From Chiloscyllium plagiosum (Eukaryota), in the NCBI RefSeq assembly GCF_004010195.1, contig NC_057719.1:12239084-12303083 (forward strand): a stretch of 64,000 bases of DNA, read 5' to 3'. Each line of letters starts with the position of its first letter. The first letter of the stretch is position 1. The notes beneath the pieces are model-generated. The model made no database searches and had not been told where the DNA came from. It saw only the letters and a program-made list of their open reading frames with translations. Positions 61,975-64,000 of this stretch are shown here, piece by piece. The translations under genes were made by a program, and so were the position numbers.

Positions 61975-63640
61975 GAGTCAATCAACCTGCCCATCATGTC
62001 GGGGCTGTCCTTCTGAAGGGACATTTTATTGAGTGCCAGTCTCCCATCTTCTCCTCAAAGCCCTTCAAATGTTTTCTTTTCGGTAACAATCTACCTCCTT
62101 TTTCAAAACTTCAATTGACCCTTCCTCCACCATCCCTCATCACATCCTGGATCTAAACCACTTGCTCTGAGAAATATTTTCCCTTATGTCGCCGTTGCTT
62201 TTTTTGCCAATTACTTTAAAGATTGATGCCCACTTGGCTCAGCATCCTTCCACTATTTCTCCCAGTCTACAATCTGCATCATCTTTATCAAATTTCTTCT
62301 CCAACCAGGTCTTCTTTAAAGGAAAGCAATGCAGAATTCTCCAATCTATCCACATAATCAAAGTTCCTCATCCCTGAAACCATTCTCCTCAATCTTCTCT
62401 TGTGCATTCCCACTTCTTCCAAAAATACAAGGACACAATATTCCAGTTGATGCTGAACTGGTGTTTGCACATGCTTAGAATAACTTGCTTGCTTTTGTGC
62501 TTAATTTCCTTAATGAGAAGCCCAGGATGCCATGAACTTCATTAGAGAACCTCTCACCTTGGCTTTCAAATGATTTATGCACACGTACACACAAATGCAA
62601 GCTGTTAACATTCGCTGTTTCATAGTCAAGCTCATGCCTAGCAAAACACAACATACCACATTGAGAGAATCCAAATACACTATTCAAAAGAACATGGAGG
62701 CCATTGACCTTCAAGCTTCAAATATTTAGCAGGTCATGGTTTATAATGATGATCAATGATCATCATGTTGCCTATCCACCTTTGGGTCACATTCATTTAT
62801 GCTTTTTTTTTGTTAAAAGCAATGTCTCTTAAATTTTTTTAACGATTCAAAAGGTAGGTGGGAAACTAAAAAGGGTGATAGGCACACAAAAGGCTGCAGG
62901 TGAACAATCAGATACAATACAAATGTGAAGTGTGAAGTTGTGCATTTTAACAGAAAACAATTAAAACAAACAATATTTTTCAACTCTGGAGATGGAAAGC
63001 ATTTGCAAAAAGAGACAACTGTACACAACGTACAAAACAACATGCAAGTAAAGTAAGCAATTAGGAAGTCAAATTGTGCTTTCGTTTGTTACAAACAGAT
63101 CGAGAGTAAAGAGTAAAAAGTAGCTTACTATAATTATACAAGGTACTGGTAATTACACACTTGTAGAGTATTGGGTAGAGTTGTGTTCTCCTTATCCAAG
63201 GGAGAAAATAATTGCCCTAGAGGGAAAGCGACAAAGCTTTGCCACATTGGATGAGGGAACTGTCATTTGAATTGATTGTGAATAAACTAGGCCTATACTC
63301 CCTCCAGTTCACAAGAGCAAGAGCTGATTTAATTGAAGAATATTAAGTTCTTAAGGAACTGTCTGGAGAAAGAGAGATAATGGGGTCAGAGTTTCCAAAT
63401 AAGAAGGCAACAGCCGTTCAGAAACACTAGTGAAGAGAAATCTCTTCGCTCAAAAGAAATATGAAAATTTGGAATTCGTTATCAGTTATAAAAGTCAATT
63501 CTTTGTCATGGAGTACATTGAAGACAATGGTCAGTACATTTTTAGTTACTAAGGGGATAGTGTGGAAGGTGGAGCCGAGGGAGAAGAGAAGTCACAATCG
63601 TGTCAAGTAGCAGGCAAGGCAGCCTATTCTAGCTCTTAGT
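61975..63640. mobile_element. Old CR1-like LINE fragments (minus ~61975-62600, plus ~62900-63640)
   Basis: QLEYCVLVF remnant on minus; aagtgtgaagttgtgcatttt (KCEVVHF) and 3' region on plus. Confidence 0.6.
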
Positions 63641-64000
63641 TATTACATTCTCAAATCTAAATTCCCATTGATCTATCATCCATGACCTTTTAGTGAAAAG
63701 AAATTTTCAAAACAAAAAACATTAATCTATTTGATCCTGTCCCTCATTCTACAGCAAACTTGCTGAAGGGACAAAGTGCCATTTTATGTAAATGCAACTT
63801 TCTGCCCACTGATCAATTCCTAATATGTCAAAAAACAAAATTATTACCTCTAATAATTTGTCCTTTAAACTGGAGAGTGCAGCATGGATAAAAGTTTATG
63901 GTTGTTTCAGTGCTTCCTCAATTCATTCTCAAAAACAATAGGACCTTGTTGTGTGACATAAGTGAACACCATGTCATGTTCAGGGTTACAAATAAGATTT

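Noticed and set aside
60283..64000. XPO1 exon 9 equivalent (..LLRFLNWIPLGYIFETK..)
   Set aside because: Not found; presumably beyond the window end.
1..64000. CRISPR arrays, prokaryotic operons, rRNA or intronic snoRNAs
   Set aside because: This is vertebrate spliced-gene context with no repeat-spacer periodicity. The CTGA/TGATGA motifs belong to hammerhead cores in repeats, not to C/D box pairs.

Overview
Eukaryotic, repeat-rich vertebrate DNA, most likely a cartilaginous fish (shark), inferred from the HE1-like tRNA-derived SINEs, CR1-clade LINEs and Penelope repeats. Two convergent genes are present. (1) On the minus strand, the 3' 16 coding exons (equivalent to human exons 10-25, 818 aa plus stop, 60282->23935) of an intact but noticeably divergent exportin-1 (XPO1/CRM1). 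All introns are GT-AG and the frame is continuous. (2) On the plus strand, the last coding exon (6586-6758) of an Aha1-family Hsp90 co-chaperone (AHSA1/AHSA2-like). No USP34 lies between them, unlike the human AHSA2P-USP34-XPO1 cluster, so this may be a retained XPO1 paralog locus. Introns and intergenic DNA hold decayed CR1 LINEs (some nested), SINEs, a Tigger-like MITE, a Harbinger transposase fossil and many short Penelope-derived elements. Many of the Penelope-derived elements are palindromic and carry minimal hammerhead-ribozyme cores (CTGATGA-stem-GAA-ACGT/AGCT-H). Two of them also contain an inverted copy of nearby host DNA inside their target-site duplications. Nearly all ORFs in the supplied track are repeat fragments or chance ORFs. 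All comparisons to human proteins and repeat families are from recall, not from database searches.
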